Shown in pieces: positions 12,949-23,886 of a stretch of 64,000 nt of DNA. Under the pieces are notes generated by a model. It saw nothing but the letters and a program-made list of their open reading frames with translations, searched no databases and was not told the origin of the DNA. The position numbers and the translations under genes were made by a program. This stretch comes from Escherichia coli (lineage in GTDB: Bacteria; Pseudomonadota; Gammaproteobacteria; Enterobacterales; Enterobacteriaceae). The first letter of the stretch is position 1; each line of letters starts with the position of its first letter. The stretch lies in the NCBI RefSeq assembly GCF_003334385.1, contig NZ_QOWN01000004.1; one strand, given 5' to 3'.

Positions 12949-15087
12949 TTAACCTATCTGCCCATTTCCCAAATGTTTAACGCGGCGCTTAACTTCTTCC
13001 TGCTTACCGGCGTTAAATGGACGTGCATCCGGGCTACCTAAATATCCGCACACGCGGCGAGTTACCGACACACGGGAGGCGTCATGGTTACCACATTTCG
13101 GGCAAGTGAAGCCTTTGCTGGTGCACTCGAACTCACCGGTAAAGCCACACTCGTAGCACTCATCAATCGGTGTATTGGTGCCGTAATACGGTACATGCTG
13201 ATAGCTGTAATCCCAGACATCTTCCAGCGCCTTCAGGTTGTGCTGAATGTTTGGATACTCGCCGTAGCAAATGAAACCACCGTTCGCCAGCGGCGGGTAA
13301 GGCGCTTCAAAGTCGATCTTGTCGTACGGGTTCACCTTCTTCTCCACATCGAGGTGGAAACTGTTGGTGTAGTAACCTTTATCGGTCACGCCCGGCACCA
13401 CGCCAAACTCAGCAGTATCGAGACGGCAGAAGCGGTCGCACAGGTTTTCACTCGGCGTGCTGTAGAGACTGAAACCATAACCCGTTTCTTCTTTCCACTG
13501 ATCCACTGCCTGACGCAGACGTTCAACAATGGCGATACCTTTCGCGCGAAGCTGCTCGTTGTCGTAAACATGCTCGCCGCCGAACAGCGCGTTAATGGTT
13601 TCGTGGATGCCGATGTAACCCAGCGAAATAGACGCACGACCGTTTTTGAAGATTTCAGAAACATCATCGTCAGCATTGAGACGCACGCCACAAGCACCTT
13701 CCATATAGAGGATCGGGGCCACGCGCGCTTTCACGCCTTCGAGACGAGCGATACGGGTCATCAGCGCCTTACGTGCCAGCACCAGACGTTCATCCAGCAG
13801 CTTCCAGAAGGTGGCTTCATCGCCTTTTGCTTCCAGAGCAATACGCGGCAGGTTCAGGCTGATCACGCCGAGGTTGTTACGACCATCGTGGATCTGCTCG
13901 CCGTTTTCATTTTCCCACACGCCGAGGAAGCTGCGGCAGCCCATCGGGGTTTTAAACGAACCGGTGACTTTCACTACCTGATCGTAGTTCAGGATATCCG
14001 GATACATGCGCTTGCTTGCGCACTCCAGCGCCAGCTGTTTGATGTCGTAGTTCGGATCGCCTTTTTTATGGTTCAGACCATCGCGAATCGCAAACACCAG
14101 TTTCGGGAACACCGCAGTTTTACGGTTTTTACCGAGACCTGCGATACGGTTACGCAGGATAGATTCCTGAATCAGGCGCGATTCCCAGCTGGTGCCCAGA
14201 CCAAAACCAAAAGTTACAAACGGCGTTTGACCGTTGGCGGTATGCAGGGTGTTTACTTCGTACTCCAGCGACTGGAAGGCATCGTAGCACTCTTTAATGG
14301 TACGAGAGTTAGCGTAGCCTTCTGCGTCCGGGATGCTCCACTCTTCTGCGGTCTTGCGATGTTTGTTGTAGCTGGCGGTGACAAACGGTGCCAGCACTTC
14401 ATCGATACGGTTAATGGTGGTGCCGCCATAAATATGGCTGGCAACCTGAGCAATAATCTGCGCAGTTACCGCGGTTGCCGTTGAGATCGACTTCGGCGGT
14501 TCAATCTCGGCGTTCCCCATTTTAAAGCCCTGGGTCAGCATGCCTTTCAGGTCGATCAACATGCAGTTGAACATCGGGAAAAACGGTGAGTAATCGAGAT
14601 CGTGATAGTGAATATCGCCACGCTCATGTGCCTGCACCACGTCACGCGGCAGCAGGTGCTGACGTGCATAGTGTTTAGCCACGATCCCGGCCAGCAGGTC
14701 GCGCTGGGTTGGAATCACCTTGCTGTCTTTGTTGGCGTTTTCGTTGAGTAACGAGGCGTTGGTCTGCTCGACCAGACCACGGATCTCCTGGTTCAGGCGA
14801 CCGCGTTTTTCACGTTCAATGTCGCGATCGTGACGGTACTCGATGTAAGCACGAGCCAGTTGTTTGTATGGACCCGACATCAGCTGGTTTTCAACTGCGG
14901 TCTGGATCTCATTGATATCCACCTGGTTGCGGCCCTGCATCTGCTCGCTGACAACCGCGGCAACAGTGGCGCAATAATCGGCATCATCGACTTCCGCTGC
15001 TTTAGCTGCACGCAGAATCGCTTCTTTGATGCGCTCTGATTTAAACGGCACTTTGCAGCCGTCTCGTTTCATCACATGCGGTGTCAT
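12949..15087 (-). CDS. nrdD: Anaerobic ribonucleoside-triphosphate reductase
   Basis: 712-aa ORF with C-terminal glycyl-radical motif (RVCGYLG) and ATP-cone N-terminus. Confidence 0.95.
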   Translation of the reverse strand: MTPHVMKRDGCKVPFKSERIKEAILRAAKAAEVDDADYCATVAAVVSEQMQGRNQVDINEIQTAVENQLMSGPYKQLARAYIEYRHDRDIEREKRGRLNQEIRGLVEQTNASLLNENANKDSKVIPTQRDLLAGIVAKHYARQHLLPRDVVQAHERGDIHYHDLDYSPFFPMFNCMLIDLKGMLTQGFKMGNAEIEPPKSISTATAVTAQIIAQVASHIYGGTTINRIDEVLAPFVTASYNKHRKTAEEWSIPDAEGYANSRTIKECYDAFQSLEYEVNTLHTANGQTPFVTFGFGLGTSWESRLIQESILRNRIAGLGKNRKTAVFPKLVFAIRDGLNHKKGDPNYDIKQLALECASKRMYPDILNYDQVVKVTGSFKTPMGCRSFLGVWENENGEQIHDGRNNLGVISLNLPRIALEAKGDEATFWKLLDERLVLARKALMTRIARLEGVKARVAPILYMEGACGVRLNADDDVSEIFKNGRASISLGYIGIHETINALFGGEHVYDNEQLRAKGIAIVERLRQAVDQWKEETGYGFSLYSTPSENLCDRFCRLDTAEFGVVPGVTDKGYYTNSFHLDVEKKVNPYDKIDFEAPYPPLANGGFICYGEYPNIQHNLKALEDVWDYSYQHVPYYGTNTPIDECYECGFTGEFECTSKGFTCPKCGNHDASRVSVTRRVCGYLGSPDARPFNAGKQEEVKRRVKHLGNGQIG

Positions 15088-15322
15088 GATCGCTCCATAT
15101 TTTTAAGAACAGGTTATCCACAGAAATTGGGAAAGGCGTTTTCCGGTTTTTTCGTTTCGTTTTCCGGTGCTTTCCGCAATCGCCATCCGCTTATCCACAA
15201 CGCCGCACCTTTTTCGTGGGGAGCTGTAGTAGCAATTATAGTCGATTAATACAACATATTGGGTTGGGACGCATTTTAAAGTCTATATATAGTGCTTTGC
15301 ATCAAGGATGTTTGAACTTTTT

Positions 15323-15336
15323 TTGATGTAGCTCAA
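15323..15336. promoter_or_regulatory. Candidate FNR-type site (TTGAT-N4-CTCAA) upstream of nrdDG
   Basis: ttgatgtagctcaa differs from the TTGAT-N4-ATCAA consensus at one position; lies upstream of anaerobically induced nrdD. Confidence 0.35.
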
Positions 15337-15480
15337 AGTAAAAAGCAGAGCGTACGGATGACGGGCGCTACAGCGTTATGTAAATTTTTTAATGAATTTG
15401 CTGGTTGAAAAATCAACAAAAACAACATGCTGACAGACAAAACCCCGGAATGACCGGCATTACCGGGGCTTAGGGAAGAT

Positions 15481-17136
15481 TTACTTCTGTAACCACCAGA
15501 CAGCCTCAAAAGGCCGTAAATTCATGGCACAGGGTTGTGGTGAGGCTTCTTCGTAGTTATGCATCACAAGCTGCCAGTTGCCGCGCATTTGCCCTGGCTG
15601 CCAGGGTTGGATCTCACGGCTAAGGTTGGCAATGACCAGCAAGGTTTGCCCCTTCCATTCACGGCGATAGCACCACAATACAGGGCTGTTTGGCAGCAGA
15701 TCCTGGTAATTGCCCCATGTCAGGATGGCTTCCTGCTTACGCAGTGCGATTAACTTTTGGTAGGTGTAAAACACCGAGGAATCATCGGCCAGCGCGGCTT
15801 CTACGTTGATTTGTTGATAGTTATCGCCCAGGCCAATCCACGGTTCGCCAGCCGTAAACCCGGCATTATCGCCGTTGCTCCATTGCATGGGCGTGCGGCT
15901 GTTGTCACGGGATTTACTGGCGAGGATTGCCAATAACTCGTCGGCATCACGCCCATCGTTGCGCAGCTCGGCAAACATATTGAGGCTCTCCACGTCGCGA
16001 TAGTCAGTAATGCGCGTGAAATGCGGGTTGGTCATGCCAATCTCTTCGCCCTGGTAGATATACGGCGTTCCCTGCATGCCATGCAGCACCATCGCTAGCA
16101 TTTTTGCCGCAGGCACGCGGTATTCACCTTCATCACCAAAGCGAGAAACAATGCGCGGCTGATCGTGGTTACACCAGAACAAGGCATTCCATGCTACGTT
16201 GTGCATTCCTTGTTGCCAGTGGCGGAACAATGTTTTCAACGCCACAAAGTCAGGTTTAGCCAGCGTCCATTTTTCACCACCGGGATAATCGACCTTCAGG
16301 TGATGAAAATTAAAGGTCATCGATAATTCACTGCCTGCCAGTGCCGCGTATCGCTGGCAATGCTCAAGGCTGGTGGAGGACATTTCACCTACGGTCATTA
16401 ACCCGCGTGGCGTAAACACATCGCGGTTCATCTCGTGCAAAAACTCGTGTGCTCGTGGCCCGTCGGTGTAGAAGCGACGCCCGTCGCCATCCAGGTCTTC
16501 AGGGAAACGCGGGTCTTTGGAGATCAGATTCACCACATCCAGGCGCAACCCATCGACCCCACGATCGGCCCAGAATTCACAGACTTTTTTCAGCTCTGCG
16601 CGTACCGCTGGATTCTCCCAGTTGAGATCCGCCTGTTCTGGTGCAAAGAGATGCAAATAGTACTGTTCGCTTTCCGCATGCCAGCGCCACGCACTACCGC
16701 CAAATTTTGAACGCCAGTTATTCGGTGGCGTTTCTGGTTCGCCATCGCGCCAGATATAAAACTGGCGGTAAGGGCTTTCTTTGTTCAGCGCCTCGCGAAA
16801 CCAGGCATGTTGGGTAGAGGTATGGTTAAACACCATATCGAGAATGATACGAATCCCGCGCGATTTTGCCTGCGTCACCAGTTCGTCAAAATCGTCCAGC
16901 GTGCCGTAGGTGGGATCAATCGCCGTATAGTTCGCTACGTCGTAACCGTTATCGACCTGGGGAGAGACATAAAAGGGGGTTAGCCAGATGGCATCAACGC
17001 CCAGTTTATGCAGATAGTCCAGGCGTTGGATAACGCCACGTAAATCGCCGGTACCGCTACCCGTGGTGTCCTGAAAACTCTTTGGATAAATCTGGTAGAT
17101 AACGCCGTTTTGCCACCAGTGGGGAAGATTAGTCAT
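15481..17136 (-). CDS. treC: Trehalose-6-phosphate hydrolase
   Basis: Protein from MTNLPHWWQNGVIYQIYPKSF... (551 aa) matches TreC; ORF track's upstream extension rejected. Confidence 0.9.
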   Translation of the reverse strand: MTNLPHWWQNGVIYQIYPKSFQDTTGSGTGDLRGVIQRLDYLHKLGVDAIWLTPFYVSPQVDNGYDVANYTAIDPTYGTLDDFDELVTQAKSRGIRIILDMVFNHTSTQHAWFREALNKESPYRQFYIWRDGEPETPPNNWRSKFGGSAWRWHAESEQYYLHLFAPEQADLNWENPAVRAELKKVCEFWADRGVDGLRLDVVNLISKDPRFPEDLDGDGRRFYTDGPRAHEFLHEMNRDVFTPRGLMTVGEMSSTSLEHCQRYAALAGSELSMTFNFHHLKVDYPGGEKWTLAKPDFVALKTLFRHWQQGMHNVAWNALFWCNHDQPRIVSRFGDEGEYRVPAAKMLAMVLHGMQGTPYIYQGEEIGMTNPHFTRITDYRDVESLNMFAELRNDGRDADELLAILASKSRDNSRTPMQWSNGDNAGFTAGEPWIGLGDNYQQINVEAALADDSSVFYTYQKLIALRKQEAILTWGNYQDLLPNSPVLWCYRREWKGQTLLVIANLSREIQPWQPGQMRGNWQLVMHNYEEASPQPCAMNLRPFEAVWWLQK

Positions 17137-17185
17137 TACGTTATTCCTGCGAATGCGAGGGGGCGCAATTGCGCCCCGAAGAAAA

Positions 17186-18607
17186 TTAAACAATGTCCAG
17201 CGTGCCCAGGCGGTATTTCCGCTGATAGATAAACGAGGTGAGTACAATCGGGATGATGATGGCGATAGCCATTGCCAGCGCAAACACCTGCCAGTAGCTC
17301 GGTTGAATCGAGAGAATTCCCGGCAGGCCGCCTACGCCGATGCCATTCGCCATAACGCCGTTCAGGCCGCATAGCAATCCTGCCAGACCAGAACCAATCA
17401 TCGCGCACAGCATCGGGAAGCGATATTTCAGGTTGATGCCGTACATTGCAGGCTCAGTGACCCCAAGCCAGGCGGAGATAGCGGCAGGCACGGAGATCTC
17501 GCGTTCATTGTGCTTGCGGCTGGAAATGATAATGCCTATCACGGCGGAGCCCTGAGCGATATTCGACAGCGCAATCAGCGGCCACACTGGCGTACCACCC
17601 ATGCTTTGAATCATCTGCAAATCAATAGCAAGCGTGGTCTGGTGTACACCGGTGATCACCAGCGGGGCGTACAGGAAGCCAAACAATGCTGCGCCAATAG
17701 GTGCAAAGCTGCCGGTCATCAGGTGACGTACCGCAAAGGCAACGCCATCGCCAATCATGCGTCCAAACGGACCAATCAGCGCATGGGCGAGGAACACCGC
17801 GAGGATCAGCGAACAGACGGGCACCACCACCAGATAGAGGTAATCCGGCACGATGCGTTTAAGGCGAGTTTCAATAACGCCCAGCGCCAGCCCGGCTAAC
17901 AGTGCCGGGATCACCTGCGCCTGATAGCCTACTTTGGTGATGCTGAACATGCCAAAGTCCCACACTTCCGGCAGCTGCTGCCCGAGCAGATAAGCGTTCA
18001 TCAGCTGTGGAGAAACCAGCGTTACGCCAAGTACGATACCAAGGATCGGCGTGCCGCCCATTTTTTTCACCGCTGACCAGCAAATCCCGACCGGCAGGTA
18101 GAAGAAGATCGCTTCACCGATCAACCACAGAAAATCGTAGATCGTTTGCAGGGAAGGGTACATTTGCGCCAGCGTTTGACCGTTGCTCATGGGCAAATCG
18201 CCGATCACATTGCGAAAACCGAGGATCAAACCGCCGCTAATCAACGCGGGCAGCAACGGGAAGAAGATCTCCGCGAAATGAGAGATCAACTGCTCATGCC
18301 ATTTCATATTCTGCCGGGCGGCTTTTTTTACCTGCTCTTTATCAACCTGCGCCTGTCCGGTTGACGCAATCAGTGCTTGATAGTAATCACCCACATTGGT
18401 GCCAATCACCACCTGAAATTGCCCGGCATTGGTGAAACAGCCTTTCACCATGGGGAGTTGCTCAATTTCTTTCGGTCTGGCATTGGCCGGTTGGTTGAGG
18501 ACAAAGCGCAGGCGAGTAATACAGTGGCTCACCGTCGCAATATTGCCGCGCCCGCCGACCAGTTCAATCAACCGATCGATATCCGTTTGGTTTATTTTGC
18601 TCATCAT
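17186..18607 (-). CDS. treB: PTS trehalose-specific EIIBC component
   Basis: 473-aa membrane ORF with N-terminal EIIB cysteine motif (CITRLRF). Confidence 0.9.
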   Translation of the reverse strand: MMSKINQTDIDRLIELVGGRGNIATVSHCITRLRFVLNQPANARPKEIEQLPMVKGCFTNAGQFQVVIGTNVGDYYQALIASTGQAQVDKEQVKKAARQNMKWHEQLISHFAEIFFPLLPALISGGLILGFRNVIGDLPMSNGQTLAQMYPSLQTIYDFLWLIGEAIFFYLPVGICWSAVKKMGGTPILGIVLGVTLVSPQLMNAYLLGQQLPEVWDFGMFSITKVGYQAQVIPALLAGLALGVIETRLKRIVPDYLYLVVVPVCSLILAVFLAHALIGPFGRMIGDGVAFAVRHLMTGSFAPIGAALFGFLYAPLVITGVHQTTLAIDLQMIQSMGGTPVWPLIALSNIAQGSAVIGIIISSRKHNEREISVPAAISAWLGVTEPAMYGINLKYRFPMLCAMIGSGLAGLLCGLNGVMANGIGVGGLPGILSIQPSYWQVFALAMAIAIIIPIVLTSFIYQRKYRLGTLDIV

Positions 18608-18725
18608 AAAGCCCCATGGCAGATGACATTTTTGGTTGGCTGCAGAATATATTGCGCGGAAAAATTTAAAAACGGGAACGTTCCCGAAACGCAGCGAAGA
18701 TCACAATTTATCGTTCAGGAAACGA

Positions 18726-19673
18726 TCAGGACAGGGTGGCGGGGATGATGATTTGTTGCGGTTCGCTGCGCCCGGTTACCTGTGCGATCAATTGGCAGGC
18801 CGCCTGGCGTCCAGCTTCGGCGTAACCAGGATCTACGGTGACGATCTCCGGATGAAGGAATTTCATTAACGGCGTATTACCGACGCTCGCCAGTTGCAAG
18901 GTGTCGATGCGTTGCTCTTGCAGGTATTTACTTGCGCCAAGTGCCAGCGTGTCGGTTGCGCACAGTAAGGCGGTAGTTTCAGGCGTAATCACTTTTGCTA
19001 CGTTCTCATAGCCTTGCTTCATAGCAAGCCCTGGCAGAGCGGCAACGGGATGCAGTTTATGCGCTTTGCAGAACGCCAGGTAGGCTTCGTGACGTCGCTT
19101 ACCGGTCGTCACGTCACTGTGCGGCACGCCGAGATAACTGATATTACGATGCCCCTGGTCATAGAGCCGTTGCATCAGGATCTTGATTGCCCCTTCGTCG
19201 TCATAACAGACCGAAGCAAAGCCTTTTGCGTCACGCGCCAGCAGAACCAGCGATGACTGCCAGTGGGCTAACATTTCTTCTGTTATGCCGGTAAAACCGA
19301 ACAGCACTACGCCGTCGATATTACGCCGTTTTAGGATCCCCAAATGTTCGGCAACTAATTGCGGGGAAAACTGACTTTCCATCATGATTGGGTCGTAACC
19401 TTGTTCATAGAACGCTGGCAGCATGGTTTGAACGGCGAGATTTTCTGACAACGAATCCAGGCGGGTAACAATGATGGCGACCACTTTATCGCTTTGCCCA
19501 CGCATAGCGCGCGCAGAGCGGGAAGGGGAAAATCCATGCTGATTCATCACTGCTTCCACGCGCTCGCGCGTGCGCTGGCTCACGCCGCTTTCGTTATTCA
19601 GCACCCGGGAAACCGTAGATTTCCCCACGCCGCTTAAGCGCGCGATGTCTTTGATGGTCAGCCGATTTTGCAT
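18726..19673 (-). CDS. treR: Trehalose operon repressor (LacI family)
   Basis: 315-aa ORF with N-terminal HTH (MQNRLTIKDIARLSGVGKSTVSRVLNN). Confidence 0.9.
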   Translation of the reverse strand: MQNRLTIKDIARLSGVGKSTVSRVLNNESGVSQRTRERVEAVMNQHGFSPSRSARAMRGQSDKVVAIIVTRLDSLSENLAVQTMLPAFYEQGYDPIMMESQFSPQLVAEHLGILKRRNIDGVVLFGFTGITEEMLAHWQSSLVLLARDAKGFASVCYDDEGAIKILMQRLYDQGHRNISYLGVPHSDVTTGKRRHEAYLAFCKAHKLHPVAALPGLAMKQGYENVAKVITPETTALLCATDTLALGASKYLQEQRIDTLQLASVGNTPLMKFLHPEIVTVDPGYAEAGRQAACQLIAQVTGRSEPQQIIIPATLS

Positions 19674-19747
19674 CCTGTTGTCCCGTAACGTGTTGTTTAA
19701 TTATTTGAGGCTAACTTTACCCGTGCATTCAGCAATGGGTAAAGTCT

Positions 19748-19764
19748 GGTTTATCGTTGGTTTA
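19748..19764 (+). promoter_or_regulatory. PhoP box (GGTTTA-N5-GGTTTA) of the mgtA promoter
   Basis: Direct repeat ggtttatcgttggttta 13 nt upstream of a tattat -10 hexamer. Confidence 0.7.
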
Positions 19765-19857
19765 GTTGCCAGCAGGTATTATATCGCCATAAATGCTACG
19801 AATATTATTGGATTCTCCTTATTATTTGCGGCGCTTTTTTCACTTACCGGAGGTTAT

Positions 19858-19911
19858 ATGGAACCTGATCCCACGCCTCTCCCTCGACGGAGATTAAAAC
19901 TTTTTCGGTAA
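19858..19911 (+). CDS. mgtL: mgtA leader peptide MgtL
   Basis: 17-codon proline-rich [20 protein letters not shown] inside the mgtA 5' leader. Confidence 0.8.
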
Positions 19912-20051
19912 GCCCGTCTTTTCACGGCGTTACCGGATGCGTAAGGCCGTGACGTTTTAACGTCCCTGCTCAGCTTTATTACCTTCAGGTAAGGCTTCGC
20001 CACGCCTGAAGACATTTCTGTACTGTTTCAGACAGTGCGGAGGGACTCCTT

Positions 20052-22748
20052 ATGTTTAAAGAAATTTTTACCCGGCTCATTCGCCATTTACCTTCCCGTC
20101 TGGTTCATCGTGATCCATTGCCTGGCGCGCAGCAGACAGTGAATACGGTGGTCCCGCCGTCCTTAAGTGCGCATTGCCTGAAAATGGCGGTGATGCCCGA
20201 AGAAGAATTGTGGAAAACGTTCGACACCCATCCGGAAGGGTTAAATCAGGCGGAAGTGGAATCTGCCCGCGAACAACATGGTGAAAATAAATTACCCGCA
20301 CAACAACCGTCGCCGTGGTGGGTACATTTATGGGTCTGCTATCGCAACCCCTTTAATATTTTACTCACCATTCTCGGCGCTATTTCTTACGCCACGGAAG
20401 ATTTATTTGCCGCGGGCGTTATCGCGCTAATGGTCGCCATTTCTACGTTGCTGAACTTTATTCAGGAAGCACGTTCCACTAAAGCGGCAGATGCCCTGAA
20501 AGCGATGGTCAGCAATACTGCGACGGTGCTGCGCGTAATTAACGACAAAGGCGAAAATGGCTGGCTGGAGATCCCGATCGACCAGCTGGTGCCCGGCGAT
20601 ATTATAAAACTGGCGGCGGGAGATATGATCCCGGCAGATTTACGTATCTTGCAGGCGCGGGATCTGTTCGTCGCTCAGGCGTCGTTAACCGGTGAGTCTC
20701 TGCCCGTAGAAAAAGCCGCAACCACTCGCCAGCCGGAGCACAGCAATCCGCTGGAGTGCGACACCCTGTGTTTTATGGGCACCACCGTGGTGAGCGGCAC
20801 GGCACAAGCAATGGTGATTGCTACAGGTGCCAATACCTGGTTTGGTCAACTGGCGGGGCGTGTTAGTGAGCAGGAAAGCGAGCCGAATGCCTTTCAGCAA
20901 GGGATCAGCCGCGTCAGTATGCTGCTGATTCGCTTTATGCTGGTGATGGCACCGGTGGTGCTGTTAATCAATGGCTACACCAAAGGCGACTGGTGGGAAG
21001 CGGCGCTGTTTGCGCTTTCGGTCGCGGTAGGCCTAACGCCGGAAATGTTGCCGATGATTGTTACCTCGACGCTGGCGCGCGGCGCAGTAAAGCTGTCGAA
21101 ACAGAAAGTGATCGTCAAACATCTGGATGCTATTCAGAACTTTGGCGCAATGGATATTCTGTGCACTGATAAAACCGGCACCCTGACACAGGACAAAATT
21201 GTGCTGGAGAATCATACCGATATCTCCGGTAAAACCAGCGAACGCGTGCTGCATAGCGCGTGGTTGAACAGTCATTATCAGACCGGACTTAAAAACCTGC
21301 TCGATACAGCGGTGCTCGAAGGTACGGATGAAGAGTCAGCGCGCTCGCTGGCCAGCCGTTGGCAAAAAATTGATGAGATTCCGTTTGATTTCGAGCGTCG
21401 TCGGATGTCGGTGGTAGTGGCAGAAAATACCGAACACCATCAGCTGGTTTGCAAAGGTGCATTGCAGGAAATCCTCAATGTGTGTTCGCAGGTGCGTCAC
21501 AATGGCGAGATTGTGCCGCTCGATGACATCATGCTGCGTAAGATTAAGCGGGTTACTGATACGCTGAATCGTCAGGGGCTGCGCGTGGTTGCGGTGGCGA
21601 CGAAATACCTGCCAGCGCGTGAAGGAGATTACCAGCGGGCGGATGAATCCGACCTGATCCTCGAAGGATATATTGCTTTCCTTGATCCGCCAAAAGAGAC
21701 AACTGCTCCGGCACTGAAGGCATTAAAAGCGAGTGGAATTACCGTAAAAATCCTTACTGGCGACAGTGAGTTAGTTGCAGCGAAAGTGTGCCATGAAGTG
21801 GGGCTGGACGCGGGAGAGGTGGTCATTGGTAGTGATATTGAAACGCTATCTGACGACGAACTGGCTAATCTCGCACAGCGCACCACGCTGTTTGCTCGTC
21901 TGACGCCGATGCATAAAGAACGCATTGTGACCTTACTGAAGCGCGAAGGGCATGTGGTTGGCTTTATGGGCGATGGTATTAATGATGCGCCCGCCTTACG
22001 CGCTGCGGATATCGGCATTTCTGTGGACGGCGCGGTAGATATCGCCCGTGAAGCGGCTGATATCATCCTGCTGGAAAAAAGCCTGATGGTGCTGGAAGAG
22101 GGGGTTATTGAGGGACGTCGCACTTTCGCCAACATGCTGAAATACATCAAAATGACGGCGAGCTCTAACTTCGGTAATGTGTTCAGCGTGCTGGTGGCGA
22201 GTGCTTTCTTGCCCTTCCTGCCGATGTTGCCGTTACACTTGCTTATTCAGAACCTGCTGTACGATGTGTCACAGGTGGCGATCCCGTTTGATAACGTCGA
22301 CGACGAGCAAATTCAAAAGCCGCAGCGTTGGAATCCGGCGGATCTGGGGCGCTTTATGATCTTCTTCGGACCGATCAGCTCGATCTTCGATATTCTGACG
22401 TTTTGCCTGATGTGGTGGGTATTCCATGCCAACACGCCGGAAACGCAAACGCTGTTCCAGTCGGGATGGTTTGTGGTGGGCTTACTGTCGCAAACGCTGA
22501 TTGTGCATATGATCCGTACCCGCCGTGTGCCGTTTATTCAGAGCTGTGCATCGTGGCCGTTAATGATCATGACCGTGATCGTGATGATTGTCGGGATCGC
22601 ATTGCCGTTTTCACCGCTGGCCAGTTATCTGCAGCTGCAGGCGCTGCCGTTAAGCTATTTCCCGTGGCTGGTTGCGATTCTGGCAGGGTATATGACGTTA
22701 ACCCAGTTGGTGAAAGGGTTCTATAGCCGTCGTTACGGCTGGCAGTAA
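20052..22748 (+). CDS. mgtA: Mg2+-importing P-type ATPase
   Basis: 898-aa ORF with P-type ATPase motifs (DKTGTLT, GDGINDAPAL). Confidence 0.95.
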   Translation: MFKEIFTRLIRHLPSRLVHRDPLPGAQQTVNTVVPPSLSAHCLKMAVMPEEELWKTFDTHPEGLNQAEVESAREQHGENKLPAQQPSPWWVHLWVCYRNPFNILLTILGAISYATEDLFAAGVIALMVAISTLLNFIQEARSTKAADALKAMVSNTATVLRVINDKGENGWLEIPIDQLVPGDIIKLAAGDMIPADLRILQARDLFVAQASLTGESLPVEKAATTRQPEHSNPLECDTLCFMGTTVVSGTAQAMVIATGANTWFGQLAGRVSEQESEPNAFQQGISRVSMLLIRFMLVMAPVVLLINGYTKGDWWEAALFALSVAVGLTPEMLPMIVTSTLARGAVKLSKQKVIVKHLDAIQNFGAMDILCTDKTGTLTQDKIVLENHTDISGKTSERVLHSAWLNSHYQTGLKNLLDTAVLEGTDEESARSLASRWQKIDEIPFDFERRRMSVVVAENTEHHQLVCKGALQEILNVCSQVRHNGEIVPLDDIMLRKIKRVTDTLNRQGLRVVAVATKYLPAREGDYQRADESDLILEGYIAFLDPPKETTAPALKALKASGITVKILTGDSELVAAKVCHEVGLDAGEVVIGSDIETLSDDELANLAQRTTLFARLTPMHKERIVTLLKREGHVVGFMGDGINDAPALRAADIGISVDGAVDIAREAADIILLEKSLMVLEEGVIEGRRTFANMLKYIKMTASSNFGNVFSVLVASAFLPFLPMLPLHLLIQNLLYDVSQVAIPFDNVDDEQIQKPQRWNPADLGRFMIFFGPISSIFDILTFCLMWWVFHANTPETQTLFQSGWFVVGLLSQTLIVHMIRTRRVPFIQSCASWPLMIMTVIVMIVGIALPFSPLASYLQLQALPLSYFPWLVAILAGYMTLTQLVKGFYSRRYGWQ

Positions 22749-22789
22749 AGAATAAACTGGGCACGATAGCCCCGATTCAGATTGCAGAC

Positions 22790-22890
22790 AAAGTGAGCGT
22801 TGTTCATGCCGGATGCGGCGTAAATGCCTTATCCGGCCTACAAATTCAATCAATTGCAGGAATCACGTAGGCCTGATAAGCGTAGCGCAT
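22790..22890. repeat. REP/BIME element
   Basis: gccggatgcggcg...ccttatccggcctac...taggcctgataagcg...gcatcaggc downstream of mgtA. Confidence 0.75.
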
Positions 22891-22953
22891 CAGGCAATTT
22901 TGCGTTTGTCATCAGATTTAATCCGGGCATGATAGCCCGGATTTCCATCAAGA

Positions 22954-23340
22954 TTAGCGACGAACAGCGATCGCTTCGATCTCAATTTTTACGTCTTTCG
23001 GCAGACGGGCAACTTCAACGCAAGAACGTGCCGGGAAGGTGGCATTGTGTTCGGTGAAGAAGGCTTCGTAGGTAGCATTAACGGTTGCGAAGTCGTTCAG
23101 ATCTTTCACAAACACGGTGGTTTTAACGATGTCGCCCACTTTCAGGCCTGCGGCTTCGACGATCGCTTTTACGTTATCCAGCGACTGACGTGCCTGTGCA
23201 GCGACGTCTGCCGGTACTTCGCCCGTTTTCGGATTTACCGGGATCTGGCCGGAGGTGATGATCATATTGCCCAGATCAACGCCCTGTACGTAAGGACCGA
23301 TAGCTGCCGGTGCATTTTCCGTCGCGATAGTTTTGCTCAT
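22954..23340 (-). CDS. ridA: Enamine/imine deaminase RidA (YjgF)
   Basis: 128-aa protein from MSKTIATENAPAAIGPYVQG...; ORF track's upstream extension rejected. Confidence 0.9.
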   Translation of the reverse strand: MSKTIATENAPAAIGPYVQGVDLGNMIITSGQIPVNPKTGEVPADVAAQARQSLDNVKAIVEAAGLKVGDIVKTTVFVKDLNDFATVNATYEAFFTEHNATFPARSCVEVARLPKDVKIEIEAIAVRR

Positions 23341-23412
23341 GATTTCTCCTTTATTACAGCGGTAAAAAGTCTGGCTCATTATAGGGAGCCAGACTTTTAT
23401 TACCAACCGCAA

Positions 23413-23874
23413 TTAATTGGCCAGCACCACATTATGGGAAAACTCTTTTTCACAGTATTTGCATTTGAGCGCGATGTCATTGGCGCGTTTTCGCACGGCA
23501 AAGCTGGAAGAAACCGGTTCGGCATGGCTGATACAGTTGCTGTTCGGGCAGACCAGCACATTGTCGATGCGCTCCGGCAGACTGGGGCGCGATTTACCCA
23601 CCACTTCATAGTTGTCGATACGGTTAACCGTGGCTTGCGGCGCATACAATGCCAGTTGATCTACCTGATCTTCACTCAAAAAGGTATTTTCGATTTTGAT
23701 CAGATCTTTGCGGCCCATCTCGCCAGAAGGCAGGTTCAGACCAATGGTGATGCGCTGATCCGTTTCGGTCAGCTTGAACAGACTCAACAGCTTAAAACCG
23801 ATCTGGGCGGGGATATGGTCAATTACCGTGCCGCGTTTAATAGCTTCAACCTGCAATTTATTATCGTGTGTCAT
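23413..23874 (-). CDS. pyrI: Aspartate carbamoyltransferase regulatory subunit
   Basis: 153-aa ORF with C-terminal zinc-binding cysteines (CPNSNC...CKYC). Confidence 0.95.
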
Positions 23875-23886
23875 CTCTATTTCCCC

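Noticed and set aside
13084-14484. 466-aa plus-strand ORF
   Set aside because: Lies entirely antisense within nrdD, which is recognisable with high confidence; typical shadow ORF in GC-rich coding DNA
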